A stretch of DNA of 42,927 nt from Desulfobacteraceae bacterium (GTDB taxonomy: Bacteria > Desulfobacterota > Desulfobacteria > Desulfobacterales > JAIFKL01), in contig JAIFKL010000125.1 in the NCBI GenBank assembly GCA_020049595.1, positions 1-42,927 on the forward strand, in the 5' to 3' direction. Made by a program: the position numbers and the translations under genes. The notes under the pieces were generated by a model. The model saw only the letters and a program-made list of their open reading frames with translations. It ran no database searches and was not told the origin of the DNA. Below, one piece after another: positions 31,255 to 39,630 of this stretch (the stretch's first letter is position 1; each line of letters starts with the position of its first letter).

Positions 31255-31320
31255 AATTGAGAATTGAGAATTGAGAAATACCGTTTTTAATAAGATGGCT
31301 CAATTCTCAATTCTCACTTA
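31253..31320. repeat. Inverted heptamer pair with the conserved centre CCGTTTTTAATAAGATGGC
   Basis: It abuts the ilvE TAG stop. The centre is nearly identical to that of 15624-15644. Confidence 0.9.
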
Positions 31321-31352
31321 TATATTATCTCTTGCAACTGAAAACTGACAAA

Positions 31353-32405
31353 ATGGCTTCCAAAAAAACCGCTTTTGCAGTGGGCTTGTTTATGATTGTG
31401 GGGCTGACCCTTGCTGTTATTGCCATTATATGGCTGGGCATGTCCAACTATTTTGAAAAAGGGCGAAATTATGTCGCATATTTTGACGAGTCCGTACAGG
31501 GATTGGATAAAGATTCGCCGGTAAAATATCGGGGCGTGTCTGTCGGACGGGTGAAAAGCGTCCGACTTGCGCCGGATGCCACGCTGATTGAAGTTCTGCT
31601 GACCATTGAGCAGGATGTGAAACTTGAATCCGACATGGTAGGACAACTGAAATCGGTCGGAATCACCGGCATCATGTTCATTGAAATTGACCGGAAAAAA
31701 GAAGGCGAACCCGATTACCTGCCCAAAATCAGCTTCGGCACAGATTATCCCATTCTCCGCACCCGCCCTTCAGGCATCAAAATGTTAATGGACGGTATGG
31801 ATGCGGTCTTGTCGCTCGTCAATGAATTAGACACCAAAGGCATATCGAACAAAGTAAAATCCGGTTTTGATAAAATCAGTCAGGCGGTTGAAGAAGCCAG
31901 ATTCAAAGAAATATCAGCAAATATTCAGTCTGTGAGCGCGAAAATTGATGCGATGTTAGATGTTGAAAAATGGAATAAAATTATAGCCTCTGTTGAAAAT
32001 ACCGCCCAGTCTTTGGACACGCTTACGGCAAATGCCGACAGGACCCTTAACGACATTCGCAAAGACATCGGCGGCATTTCGGCAAATGCGAATAAAACGG
32101 TTTTAAATATTAACAATACCGTCACTGATGTTGACCGGATCATTGCAAAAAATGAAAAAGAACTGACAGCGGCGATTTCTGATTTCAAGGGTTCTGTAAA
32201 AAATATTGATACGTTTATGAAACAAGGCGCCGGACTGATACAAAGTTCTGATGTCAAGGTTTCAGCGTTGCAGCGGCATCTGCTGGTGACGCTTCAGAAT
32301 CTTGAAAAAGCAAGTGAAAATTTGAACAATCTTTTGGAACATCTTTCGGAGCAGCCGTCTCAACTGCTTTTCGGGGAGCCGGTTCCCTCGAAGAAGAGTG
32401 AATGA
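31353..32405 (+). CDS. MCE/MlaD-family protein with a long helical C-terminus
   Basis: N-terminal TM, then the MCE core YFDESVQGLDKDSPVKYRGVSVGRVKSV. ATG 31353 preferred to TTG 31332. Confidence 0.8.
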   Translation: MASKKTAFAVGLFMIVGLTLAVIAIIWLGMSNYFEKGRNYVAYFDESVQGLDKDSPVKYRGVSVGRVKSVRLAPDATLIEVLLTIEQDVKLESDMVGQLKSVGITGIMFIEIDRKKEGEPDYLPKISFGTDYPILRTRPSGIKMLMDGMDAVLSLVNELDTKGISNKVKSGFDKISQAVEEARFKEISANIQSVSAKIDAMLDVEKWNKIIASVENTAQSLDTLTANADRTLNDIRKDIGGISANANKTVLNINNTVTDVDRIIAKNEKELTAAISDFKGSVKNIDTFMKQGAGLIQSSDVKVSALQRHLLVTLQNLEKASENLNNLLEHLSEQPSQLLFGEPVPSKKSE

Positions 32406-32411
32406 GTGATG

Positions 32412-32497
32412 ATTACCGGCGTACTACTCATTCCCACGCTCCGCGTGGGAATGCAGACCAGACGCTCTGCGTCCGATTAAAGTATTACCGGCGTACT
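32412..32497. repeat. Direct repeat ATTACCGGCGTACT x2 flanking the hairpin ATTCCCACGC-TCCG-CGTGGGAAT
   Basis: Direct-repeat copies at 32412-32425 and 32484-32497. Hairpin at 32429-32451. Confidence 0.8.
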
Positions 32498-32525
32498 CGT
32501 GGTTAAAAAAGCAGGGAAATAAGCA

Positions 32526-33155
32526 ATGAAACGAAGTCTTCTTCTTTTACTCATATCTCTCGGCATATCTCTCAGCAGTTGTATGAATTTGAAGCAGCCG
32601 CCGGAGAAGATAAGCTATTATTCTTTTGAATATGACTCACCGAATGCGGGAGTGAAAAAACAGCTTCCGTTTGTGCTGAGGGTGAAACGCTTTCAGATTT
32701 CGCCGCTTTACGCATCGAATAAAATCGTGTTCAGAGACGCCGCGTTCAAACGGGACATGTATGCTTATCACCGATGGCATTCAAATCCGCGAGATATGGT
32801 GAGTTATTTTTTGGCAAGAGATTTGAAAGGCTCCGGCGCATTCAAGGCTGTTTTCTCCGTTGAAGACAGCACGCCCTGTTCCTACACCATAGACGGCGCA
32901 GTGGAGGAATTTTTTGAACAGGACAATACGGATTCGTGGGAAGCGGTGCTGTGTCTTGAAATTACCTTGTCGAAAGAAGAGGAGCCGGATGCGAGCAAAA
33001 GAATCATCATGCAGAAAAACTACCGCTCAAGACAGACGTGCAGTCAGAAAAATCCGGCATCTCTTGCAGAAGCCATGAGTAAAGCCATGTCAGAAATTTC
33101 CGGAAAAATCATCAGCGATGTTTACGGAAAGTTGTCAGCAGTCAATGTTTATTAG
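32526..33155 (+). CDS. ABC-transport auxiliary lipoprotein (PqiC/YmbA, DUF330-like)
   Basis: Lipobox LSSC. YAYHRWHSNPRDMVSYFLARDL pattern. Lies next to the MCE gene. Confidence 0.75.
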   Translation: MKRSLLLLLISLGISLSSCMNLKQPPEKISYYSFEYDSPNAGVKKQLPFVLRVKRFQISPLYASNKIVFRDAAFKRDMYAYHRWHSNPRDMVSYFLARDLKGSGAFKAVFSVEDSTPCSYTIDGAVEEFFEQDNTDSWEAVLCLEITLSKEEEPDASKRIIMQKNYRSRQTCSQKNPASLAEAMSKAMSEISGKIISDVYGKLSAVNVY

Positions 33156-33175
33156 ACCTTATCGGAAATAAAAGG

Positions 33176-33352
33176 TTTTTCGCAGAGACGCAACGCAGAT
33201 TTTTGTAAAGCGATTTTTAAAATCGCTCTACTGTAAACGCAGATTTTTGTAAAGCGAATTTTATCTATTTTCAGCCCGGGCGCTTGCGAAGCGATTTTCA
33301 AAATCGCTCTACTTCTCTTTGCGCCCTTTGCGTTCTTTGCGAGAGATAAAAG
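33176..33352. repeat. Composite word element
   Basis: ACGCAGATTTTTGTAAAGCGA occurs twice. GCGATTTTNAAAATCGCTCTAC occurs twice. ATCTATTTTCAGCC word. CTTTGCGCCCTTTGCG words. Confidence 0.8.
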
Positions 33353-33381
33353 TGTCTTTGTGAGAAAAAGTTGAACCGACA

Positions 33382-35529
33382 ATGAACCGATTTGCCTATC
33401 TTACATCAGGATTTGCCGTAAAGACGCTTTCCCGGCTTTCCAAAGCCCGGATCAATATTCACGGGAAAGAAAACTTGCCCGACGGCACGAGTATTTTTGT
33501 CATCAATCACTTCACCCGCATCGAAACCCTGCTGATGCCCTACTATATCTGTCAGTTGACAGGGGTTCCGGTATGGTCGCTGGCGGATTACGGGCTTTTC
33601 AGGGGAAGTCTGGGGGTTTATCTTGACAAAGTGGGTGCGGTGTCCACGAGAAATCCTGACAGGGACCGGATCATCGTGAAAAGTCTGCTTGCCGGAGAAG
33701 CCAACTGGATTATTTTTCCCGAAGGTTTCATGGTAAAAACAAAGAAGATATTTGAGAAAGGCCAGTTCATGGTCTCTTCTCCTGAAGGAACTCATCCGCC
33801 GCATACGGGCGCGGCAACCCTTGCGCTCCGAGCCGAATTTTACCGCCGGCGACTCCTCAGCATTCGGGAAAACTCGCCGGATGAAGCCAAACGCGTGAGC
33901 GAACTTTTCGGCATGGATTCCGTGAAATCCGTGTCTGAAAAAACCATATACATCGTGCCGGTAAATATTACTTATTATCCCATACGGGCGAGGGAAAATA
34001 TCCTCAACAAGTTGGCGGCAAACCTTGTCGAAGACATGCCGGACCGAGCCGCCGAAGAAATTATGATCGAAGGCACCATGCTGCTTTCCGGCGTTGACAT
34101 TGACATCCGTTTCGGCAAGCCTATTCCGGTGGGAGAATTTATCTGCAATACGCCCGTTGAAAAAGACATTGCCGCAACCTGCGAAATCAATTTTGACGAT
34201 CCCATTCCCTCAAAACAGGTCATGCGGAATGTCTCACTGAAAATGATGCAGCAATACATGTCCGCAATTTACAGCATGACGACTGTGAACCACGATCATC
34301 TTTTTGCCTCTGTTCTCAAGCAGATTCCATTTCAGAAAATTGATGAGGCAGACCTCAGACGCAGAGTCTTTCTTGCCGCGACGCTGAATCTTGGGAAAAG
34401 CAATATTTTTCATCATACCAGCCTTGATGCGGATCAGGCGCATCTGCTCACAGACGACCGATATAACAAGTATAAGGAATTTATCGCCATCGCGACAGAA
34501 AAAGGGGTTATACGCAAAGAAGACAATACGCTGGTGAAAGACTCGTCCAAATTCTCCGTGCCTTCTGATTTTCACCGGATGCGGATTGAAAACCCTGTTT
34601 CAGTCATTGCAAACGAAGTGGAACCGCTGGCAATGCTTCAGCGTCATATCCGGGGGATTGCGTGGCAGCCTGCTTTCCGCATCAGACGCAGAGTTTTCAA
34701 TTATCTGCAAAACAAAGAGCTTGCTGAATTTGAAAATGACTACAAGGCATACTATATCAAAGGAGAGTCAAAAGGAAAAGAAGTCGGATCGCCTTTTCTT
34801 CTCAAAGGGGCTTCCAAAGACATGGGCGTGGTGCTGATTCACGGATATATGGCGGCGCCGCTGGAAGTCAGAGAATTGGCGGAATATCTTGCCCGTCGGG
34901 GGCTGTGGGTTTACTGTCCGCGCTTGAAAGGACATGGAACCGCTCCCGACGACCTTGCCGTGAGGAGCTATAAGGATTGGATAGAATCTGTTGATACAGG
35001 CTTTGCCCTTATCAGCAGCATAACCAAGCATGTAGTTGCGGGCGGCTTTTCCACCGGCGCCGCGCTCGCGCTGGATTTGGCGGCAAGAGTCAGAGAGGTG
35101 CGGGGCGTATTTGCGGTATGTCCGCCCCTGCGGCTTCAGGATTTTGCCGCAAGATTTGCGCCGGCTGTGGATACATGGAATCGTCTCATGACAAAAGTTC
35201 ATCTCGGAGTCAAAAAAGAATTTGTTGAAAACAGACCGGAAAATCCCCATATCAATTATGTGAGAAATCCGATTTCCGGCGTAAAAGAGATCGGCGAACT
35301 CATGGACTCGCTCGAACCCCGCCTGTCTGAGATAACAAAACCCGCGATGATTATACAGACGCTCAATGATCCGGTAGTCAATTATAAAGGCTCAAGGCAG
35401 ATATTCAAGATGCTGGGTTCCGAAGACAAGCAATATATTTTATTCAATTTTGACCGTCACGGCATTCTGATGGGAAAAGGTTCGCACAAAGTGCATGAAT
35501 CAATATGGAATTTTATAAAATATTTATAA
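33382..35529 (+). CDS. Fusion protein: PlsC-type acyltransferase (N-terminal) plus alpha/beta-hydrolase carboxylesterase/lipase (C-terminal)
   Basis: NHFTRIE (an H-x4-E variant of H-x4-D) and IIFPEG acyltransferase motifs. C-terminal VVLIHGYMAAP...LKGHG and the GFSTG nucleophile elbow. Confidence 0.8.
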   Translation: MNRFAYLTSGFAVKTLSRLSKARINIHGKENLPDGTSIFVINHFTRIETLLMPYYICQLTGVPVWSLADYGLFRGSLGVYLDKVGAVSTRNPDRDRIIVKSLLAGEANWIIFPEGFMVKTKKIFEKGQFMVSSPEGTHPPHTGAATLALRAEFYRRRLLSIRENSPDEAKRVSELFGMDSVKSVSEKTIYIVPVNITYYPIRARENILNKLAANLVEDMPDRAAEEIMIEGTMLLSGVDIDIRFGKPIPVGEFICNTPVEKDIAATCEINFDDPIPSKQVMRNVSLKMMQQYMSAIYSMTTVNHDHLFASVLKQIPFQKIDEADLRRRVFLAATLNLGKSNIFHHTSLDADQAHLLTDDRYNKYKEFIAIATEKGVIRKEDNTLVKDSSKFSVPSDFHRMRIENPVSVIANEVEPLAMLQRHIRGIAWQPAFRIRRRVFNYLQNKELAEFENDYKAYYIKGESKGKEVGSPFLLKGASKDMGVVLIHGYMAAPLEVRELAEYLARRGLWVYCPRLKGHGTAPDDLAVRSYKDWIESVDTGFALISSITKHVVAGGFSTGAALALDLAARVREVRGVFAVCPPLRLQDFAARFAPAVDTWNRLMTKVHLGVKKEFVENRPENPHINYVRNPISGVKEIGELMDSLEPRLSEITKPAMIIQTLNDPVVNYKGSRQIFKMLGSEDKQYILFNFDRHGILMGKGSHKVHESIWNFIKYL

Positions 35530-35553
35530 TCTGTTTTCCGTCAGTCGTAAAGG

Positions 35554-35648
35554 CTCTCGCAAAGGGCGCAAAGTTCGCAAAGAGAGACAAAGAGACAAAT
35601 ATTTTTTATAAAAAAGCTTTTCTTTGCGCCCTTCGCGTCTTTGCGAGA
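35554..35648. repeat. CGCAAAG-word palindrome with a TTTTTATAAAAA centre
   Basis: CTCTCGCAAAGGGCGCAAAG ... CTTTGCGCCCTTCGCGTCTTTGCGAGA. Same core as in 13311-13362. Confidence 0.85.
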
Positions 35649-35661
35649 AAAAATGCGCTTC

Positions 35662-35950
35662 AAAAAAAGGAGATATTTTGAATCAGGAACAAGTAGAAAA
35701 ATCAAAATCTGTATTGGTCGAAAACACATTTAAAATAATGCGTCAGGTTCATGAAGACACGATACGGATATTGGAGAATCTGGGCGCCGGCTTTATATTT
35801 CCGAGGGAATCTGAAGAACGCAAAAAAGGAGATATTTTGAATCAGGAACAAGTAGAAAAATCAAAATCTGTACTGGGTGAAAACACAGTTAAGATGCTGC
35901 GTCAGGTTCATGAAGACGCGATATGGATACTGGGGAATCTGGGCGTCGGC
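35662..35950. repeat. 159-bp-period tandem duplication of the RBS, start and first ~40 codons of the MttB-like gene
   Basis: 35662-35791 against 35821-35950. The first ~50 nt are identical, including AAGGAGATATTTTG. After that there are roughly a dozen substitutions. The period is a multiple of 3. Confidence 0.9.
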
Positions 35951-37051
35951 TGTAACAACCTTGAAATACTGAAACAATTTCAGATATTGGAAGAAGACAA
36001 TCAGGCGATTGTTTATGAAAACCGCATCTATATCATGCCTGATCTGGCGGAGCGGTGTCTGAAGACGGTTCCGGGAATTGCCGAGTTTTTTGTGCCTCGG
36101 AACAGTTTTTTTATCGGCGGAACCGCGCCGTATATCTATGACGATGCAGCCGGAAAAGGCGGTTTGTCTCCTTCTCTCGGGCATCTGATTCGGATTGCCA
36201 AGACTGCCGAAAAAAACAAAGTCGTTGCCGGTATGGGAAAAGGCGTAAAACTCAAAAATGAAATTTTGCAGATGAACATCATGGCTGAATATTGCAGCAA
36301 GCCGCTTTATTTCAATGTAAATTCAGATGCGGCGATTGAAAACGCAAAAGCAATTTACGCAAAACGGAAAAATATCATGGCGATGTTTAATCTGACCCGT
36401 TCCCCGCTGCAAGTAAATGAAAATGTCTCAGACTCTTTTGTGAAAACAGTGAAAGCGGGTCTGCCGGTTTTTATTTCGGCAATGCCCTTAGCCGGTGTGA
36501 GTGCGCCCTATTGTTACAACGGCGTGCTTGCCATGACTCACGCGGAAGTTCTTTTCGGGATATGTACGGCGCAACTGCTTCATCCGGGAATCACCTGCAT
36601 TCATGCCGGTTATCCGACCATTGCGGATCCCAGCCTTGACTACCATCCCAATTTCGGACTGATAAGCCACAATCTCGCAAACATTCTCATGGCGCATCTG
36701 AATCTGATGCTTGATATTCCTACCTGTCAGAGTGCGGGAATGACGCATGAGGCAAAGCTTACGGAACGGTCCATGGCAGATACCCGCATGGGACATGCTT
36801 TGTGTCTGAAATACGGATTTCATATCATGCGGCATAGTTTCGGATTTCTCCGTTATCTCACGGATTTCTCATTTGCCAAATTGGACACGGACATTTCAAT
36901 TGCACAAACCGTCACACCTGCCGACGCGCCTGAGATTGAAATGCCGGTTTATGACGAAAGAGGAATGGCATCTGTCAGGCAGACCGGTGCGAATATGTAT
37001 AAAGAAGATTCCCTGACTACCGTCAATCTGGGAAAAATATTTGTCAGTTAA
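35678..37051 (+). CDS. MttB-superfamily (trimethylamine/glycine-betaine type) methyltransferase, no in-frame amber codon
   Basis: The N-terminal helical region and overall pattern resemble non-Pyl MttB proteins. TTG 35678 has AAGGAG upstream. An equally good duplicated TTG/RBS lies at 35837. ORF-track start 35624 lies inside a repeat word. Confidence 0.7.
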   Translation: MNQEQVEKSKSVLVENTFKIMRQVHEDTIRILENLGAGFIFPRESEERKKGDILNQEQVEKSKSVLGENTVKMLRQVHEDAIWILGNLGVGCNNLEILKQFQILEEDNQAIVYENRIYIMPDLAERCLKTVPGIAEFFVPRNSFFIGGTAPYIYDDAAGKGGLSPSLGHLIRIAKTAEKNKVVAGMGKGVKLKNEILQMNIMAEYCSKPLYFNVNSDAAIENAKAIYAKRKNIMAMFNLTRSPLQVNENVSDSFVKTVKAGLPVFISAMPLAGVSAPYCYNGVLAMTHAEVLFGICTAQLLHPGITCIHAGYPTIADPSLDYHPNFGLISHNLANILMAHLNLMLDIPTCQSAGMTHEAKLTERSMADTRMGHALCLKYGFHIMRHSFGFLRYLTDFSFAKLDTDISIAQTVTPADAPEIEMPVYDERGMASVRQTGANMYKEDSLTTVNLGKIFVS

Positions 37052-37273
37052 CGAGTCGGGAGTTGAAACACGAGTTGATATAAACGAAGTTTTAATCTTT
37101 AACTTTCAACTTATTACTTTTTGAAATATCAAAGTTTTTTCAGATATTCCTTGAATTCGGCTTCAAAAAATGCTACTAAGTTTGAAAATATGGCAGTCAT
37201 GCAGACATAGTGACAAAATTTTATCCCTGTCATTCACCCGGACCCTAATACGGATTCGCTTTCAAACAGCGAT

Positions 37274-37451
37274 GTAGGGCGGACAAAGCGAAGCGTGTCC
37301 GCCATGCAATGCTGAAATGCTAAAATTTCGCCTGGCGGCTCATTTCAGCACTCCGCTTCGGAACTTTCCGGAGTGCTGAAATGAGCGAAGCGAAATTTTA
37401 GCACTGCACCGATACTGGCATGGCGGACATGCTGCGCTTTGTCCGCCCTAC
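37274..37451. repeat. Three-layer nested palindrome
   Basis: 34-bp inverted repeat 37274-37307 / 37418-37451 with 2 mismatches. Inner GCTGAAATGCTAAAATTTCGC / GCGAAATTTTAGCACTGC. Innermost GCTCATTTCAGCACTCCG / CGGAGTGCTGAAATGAGC (37338-37386). Confidence 0.9.
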
Positions 37452-37554
37452 GGGCTTCCGGAGTGCTGAAATGAAAACAGATGCGTCTCTGCGAGAAATA
37501 AAAGCGGGAGACTTTTACTTCCGATACAATCTGATAATAAAGAGGATTTTTCCA

Positions 37555-38454
37555 ATGAAAAACATCATGATGATTTTAACGCTGCTCTTTTTGATTACAG
37601 CAGTCATTGCGGTCAACGGCTGCCATTCCCGAAACGAAGCGCCGAAAATAACACCTCAGGGCTGGTTTGACGCGGGTACTACCTGGGCGGAAAAAGGCGA
37701 ATACGATAAGGCAATTGACTCGTACAATAAGGCATTGAAAATGGACCCGCTTTACACAGGCGCATATTTTTACAGGGCGCAGATGTGGGAGGAAAAAGGC
37801 GAGTATAACAAGGCAATCAAGGATTACAACAAAGTTCTGAAAATCAGTCCGAATCTTGAAAAAGCCTATAATTATCGGGGCGGCGCATGGCAGATGAAAG
37901 GCGAATCGGACAAAGCTGTTGAAGACTACACCAAAGCCTTGGAAATAAATCCGAACAATGCGGTTGCCTACCATAACCGGGGAAATGTCTGGGGCAAAAA
38001 AGGCGACTATGACAAAGCCATTGAGGATTTTAACAAGGCGGCGGAGCTGAGTCCCAGTGAACCGGCAATTTATGACAATCGTGGAAATGCGTGGAGTAAA
38101 AAAGGCGACTACGGAAGGGCAATTGCAGATTATAACAGGGCATTGGAAATTGATCCGAATTTCGGCATGTCCTGCAACAATCTGGCATGGCTGCTGGCGA
38201 CCTGCACGGATTCCCGGCTTCGGGACGGAAACAGAGCCGTAAAACTGGCGCATAAGGCATTGACGCTTCTTCCTGATATTTCCACTTCCGACACGCTGGC
38301 TGCCGCTTACGCTGAAGCCGGTAATTTTGATGAAGCTGTCAGAACGATGGAAAGGCTTATTCTACTGCTCCGCAGAAGCAAAACAGAAGATTTGGTGCCT
38401 TATCTTGAACATTTGAATGCCTACAAAGCCCGAAAGCCCTGGCGGATAAAATAG
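37555..38454 (+). CDS. TPR-repeat lipoprotein
   Basis: Start ATG 37555 (MKNIMMILTLLFLITAVIAVNGC lipobox). About seven TPR units (KGEYDKAIxDYNKAL). ORF-track start 37420 lies inside a palindromic element. Confidence 0.8.
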   Translation: MKNIMMILTLLFLITAVIAVNGCHSRNEAPKITPQGWFDAGTTWAEKGEYDKAIDSYNKALKMDPLYTGAYFYRAQMWEEKGEYNKAIKDYNKVLKISPNLEKAYNYRGGAWQMKGESDKAVEDYTKALEINPNNAVAYHNRGNVWGKKGDYDKAIEDFNKAAELSPSEPAIYDNRGNAWSKKGDYGRAIADYNRALEIDPNFGMSCNNLAWLLATCTDSRLRDGNRAVKLAHKALTLLPDISTSDTLAAAYAEAGNFDEAVRTMERLILLLRRSKTEDLVPYLEHLNAYKARKPWRIK

Positions 38455-38467
38455 AAACATAAAAACC

Positions 38468-38569
38468 GGAACACGAAAGCACGAACATCTTATTTCAATC
38501 AGGAATGAAAAACACGGAAAATCATGTTAATCCTTTAATCCTTTAATCAAAATCGTGTTTTCGTGTTCC
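38468..38569. repeat. CACGAAA-word hairpin
   Basis: GGAACACGAAAGCACGAA / TCGTGTTTTCGTGTTCC. Confidence 0.8.
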
Positions 38570-38589
38570 CAAATTAAGGAAAAATATAG

Positions 38590-39630
38590 ATGAAGATAAC
38601 AGCAATCGGTGTAAATTCGGCATTTGCCACAGGGAATTATGAGGATGTAGTCTCAGAAAAAGACGCTTGCGAACTTGCCTTGAAAATAGCTTATTCTCAG
38701 GATTTCAAACATGCCTCCGCAGAGGTGCTGACGGCTGAAATCAGAAAACACAGCAAACGCTCCTACATGCCGAAATGGCAGGCAAATTTTCTGATAGAAT
38801 TTGATATGCCGAGCAAAAGAGGAAAAAGTCCCTATCGTCTGCTCATAGACATCGGCGGAGACGCAAGACACGCATTAAAAGGACTCGGACTGACTTCTGC
38901 GGATATAGACGGCGTGTATATTTCCCATCCCCATAATGACCATATCGGCGGCATAGAATACCTCGGCGTCACCACGCTTTTCAACCCCTACTACACACCG
39001 GCAAAAAAGGAATGGCTGGGCGCTCAGTTCATTGCGGACAAGCTCTTTCTCGAAAAAGAATGGTGGAACGGTCCCCCTGAAAACGCCAAACCGGATATTT
39101 TTATTCACAGAAAAGTGCTTGAGCCTTTGAAAAGAGCGGTAGCGCCGGGTTTGGACACGGTGCAGGGCGTGCCGAATGTATGTTTGGAAACCTACTTCAA
39201 TATTCATCTGATAGGCAAGCAGGAAAGCGGAAAAACCGTAACCAAAAGGTTTCAGGACGGCAAGGGCGAATGGATTATGACGCCTATTTTCGCCATGCAC
39301 GTCATTTCCAGTTCCGAAGAAATGGCGAGCTACGGTATCAGCCTTCAGCATTCCAGCGGTTACAATATCCTTATGCCCACAGATACGTTGCACATGATGC
39401 CGCCCCAGTTGGAGTCTCACTACAGACGGGCAAACCGGATTTATATGGATTGCGAAACCAGTCCTTTTCCTTCGGGCGTTCATCCGCATATCTCTGATTT
39501 GATAAATCGTCTTGTCCCGGAGATTCAAAAGAAATGTCTGCTTTATCACTATGATGCTTATCCTGATGTTCCTGAAGGCATGTTTTGCGGCGTTCTGAAA
39601 ATCGGAGACTCGCATGTTTATCCCGAATAA
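38590..39630 (+). CDS. MBL-fold metallo-hydrolase
   Basis: HPHNDHIGG (HxHxDH) motif. No signal peptide. Confidence 0.8.
   Translation: MKITAIGVNSAFATGNYEDVVSEKDACELALKIAYSQDFKHASAEVLTAEIRKHSKRSYMPKWQANFLIEFDMPSKRGKSPYRLLIDIGGDARHALKGLGLTSADIDGVYISHPHNDHIGGIEYLGVTTLFNPYYTPAKKEWLGAQFIADKLFLEKEWWNGPPENAKPDIFIHRKVLEPLKRAVAPGLDTVQGVPNVCLETYFNIHLIGKQESGKTVTKRFQDGKGEWIMTPIFAMHVISSSEEMASYGISLQHSSGYNILMPTDTLHMMPPQLESHYRRANRIYMDCETSPFPSGVHPHISDLINRLVPEIQKKCLLYHYDAYPDVPEGMFCGVLKIGDSHVYPE

Noticed and set aside
501-31320. The heptamer arrays as slipped-strand phase-variation switches (contingency loci).
   Set aside because: A 7-nt unit would shift the frame, but the arrays lie at or beyond stop codons or in spacers rather than early in ORFs. 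Most are paired as hairpins. Copy-number change might alter C-terminal tails slightly, but an on/off switch is not supported. The exception at 15596-15740 is reported separately.
35678-37051. A pyrrolysine (in-frame TAG) in the MttB-like gene.
   Set aside because: The reading frame is uninterrupted from the start to the TAA at 37049-37051, so it is a non-Pyl member of the family.
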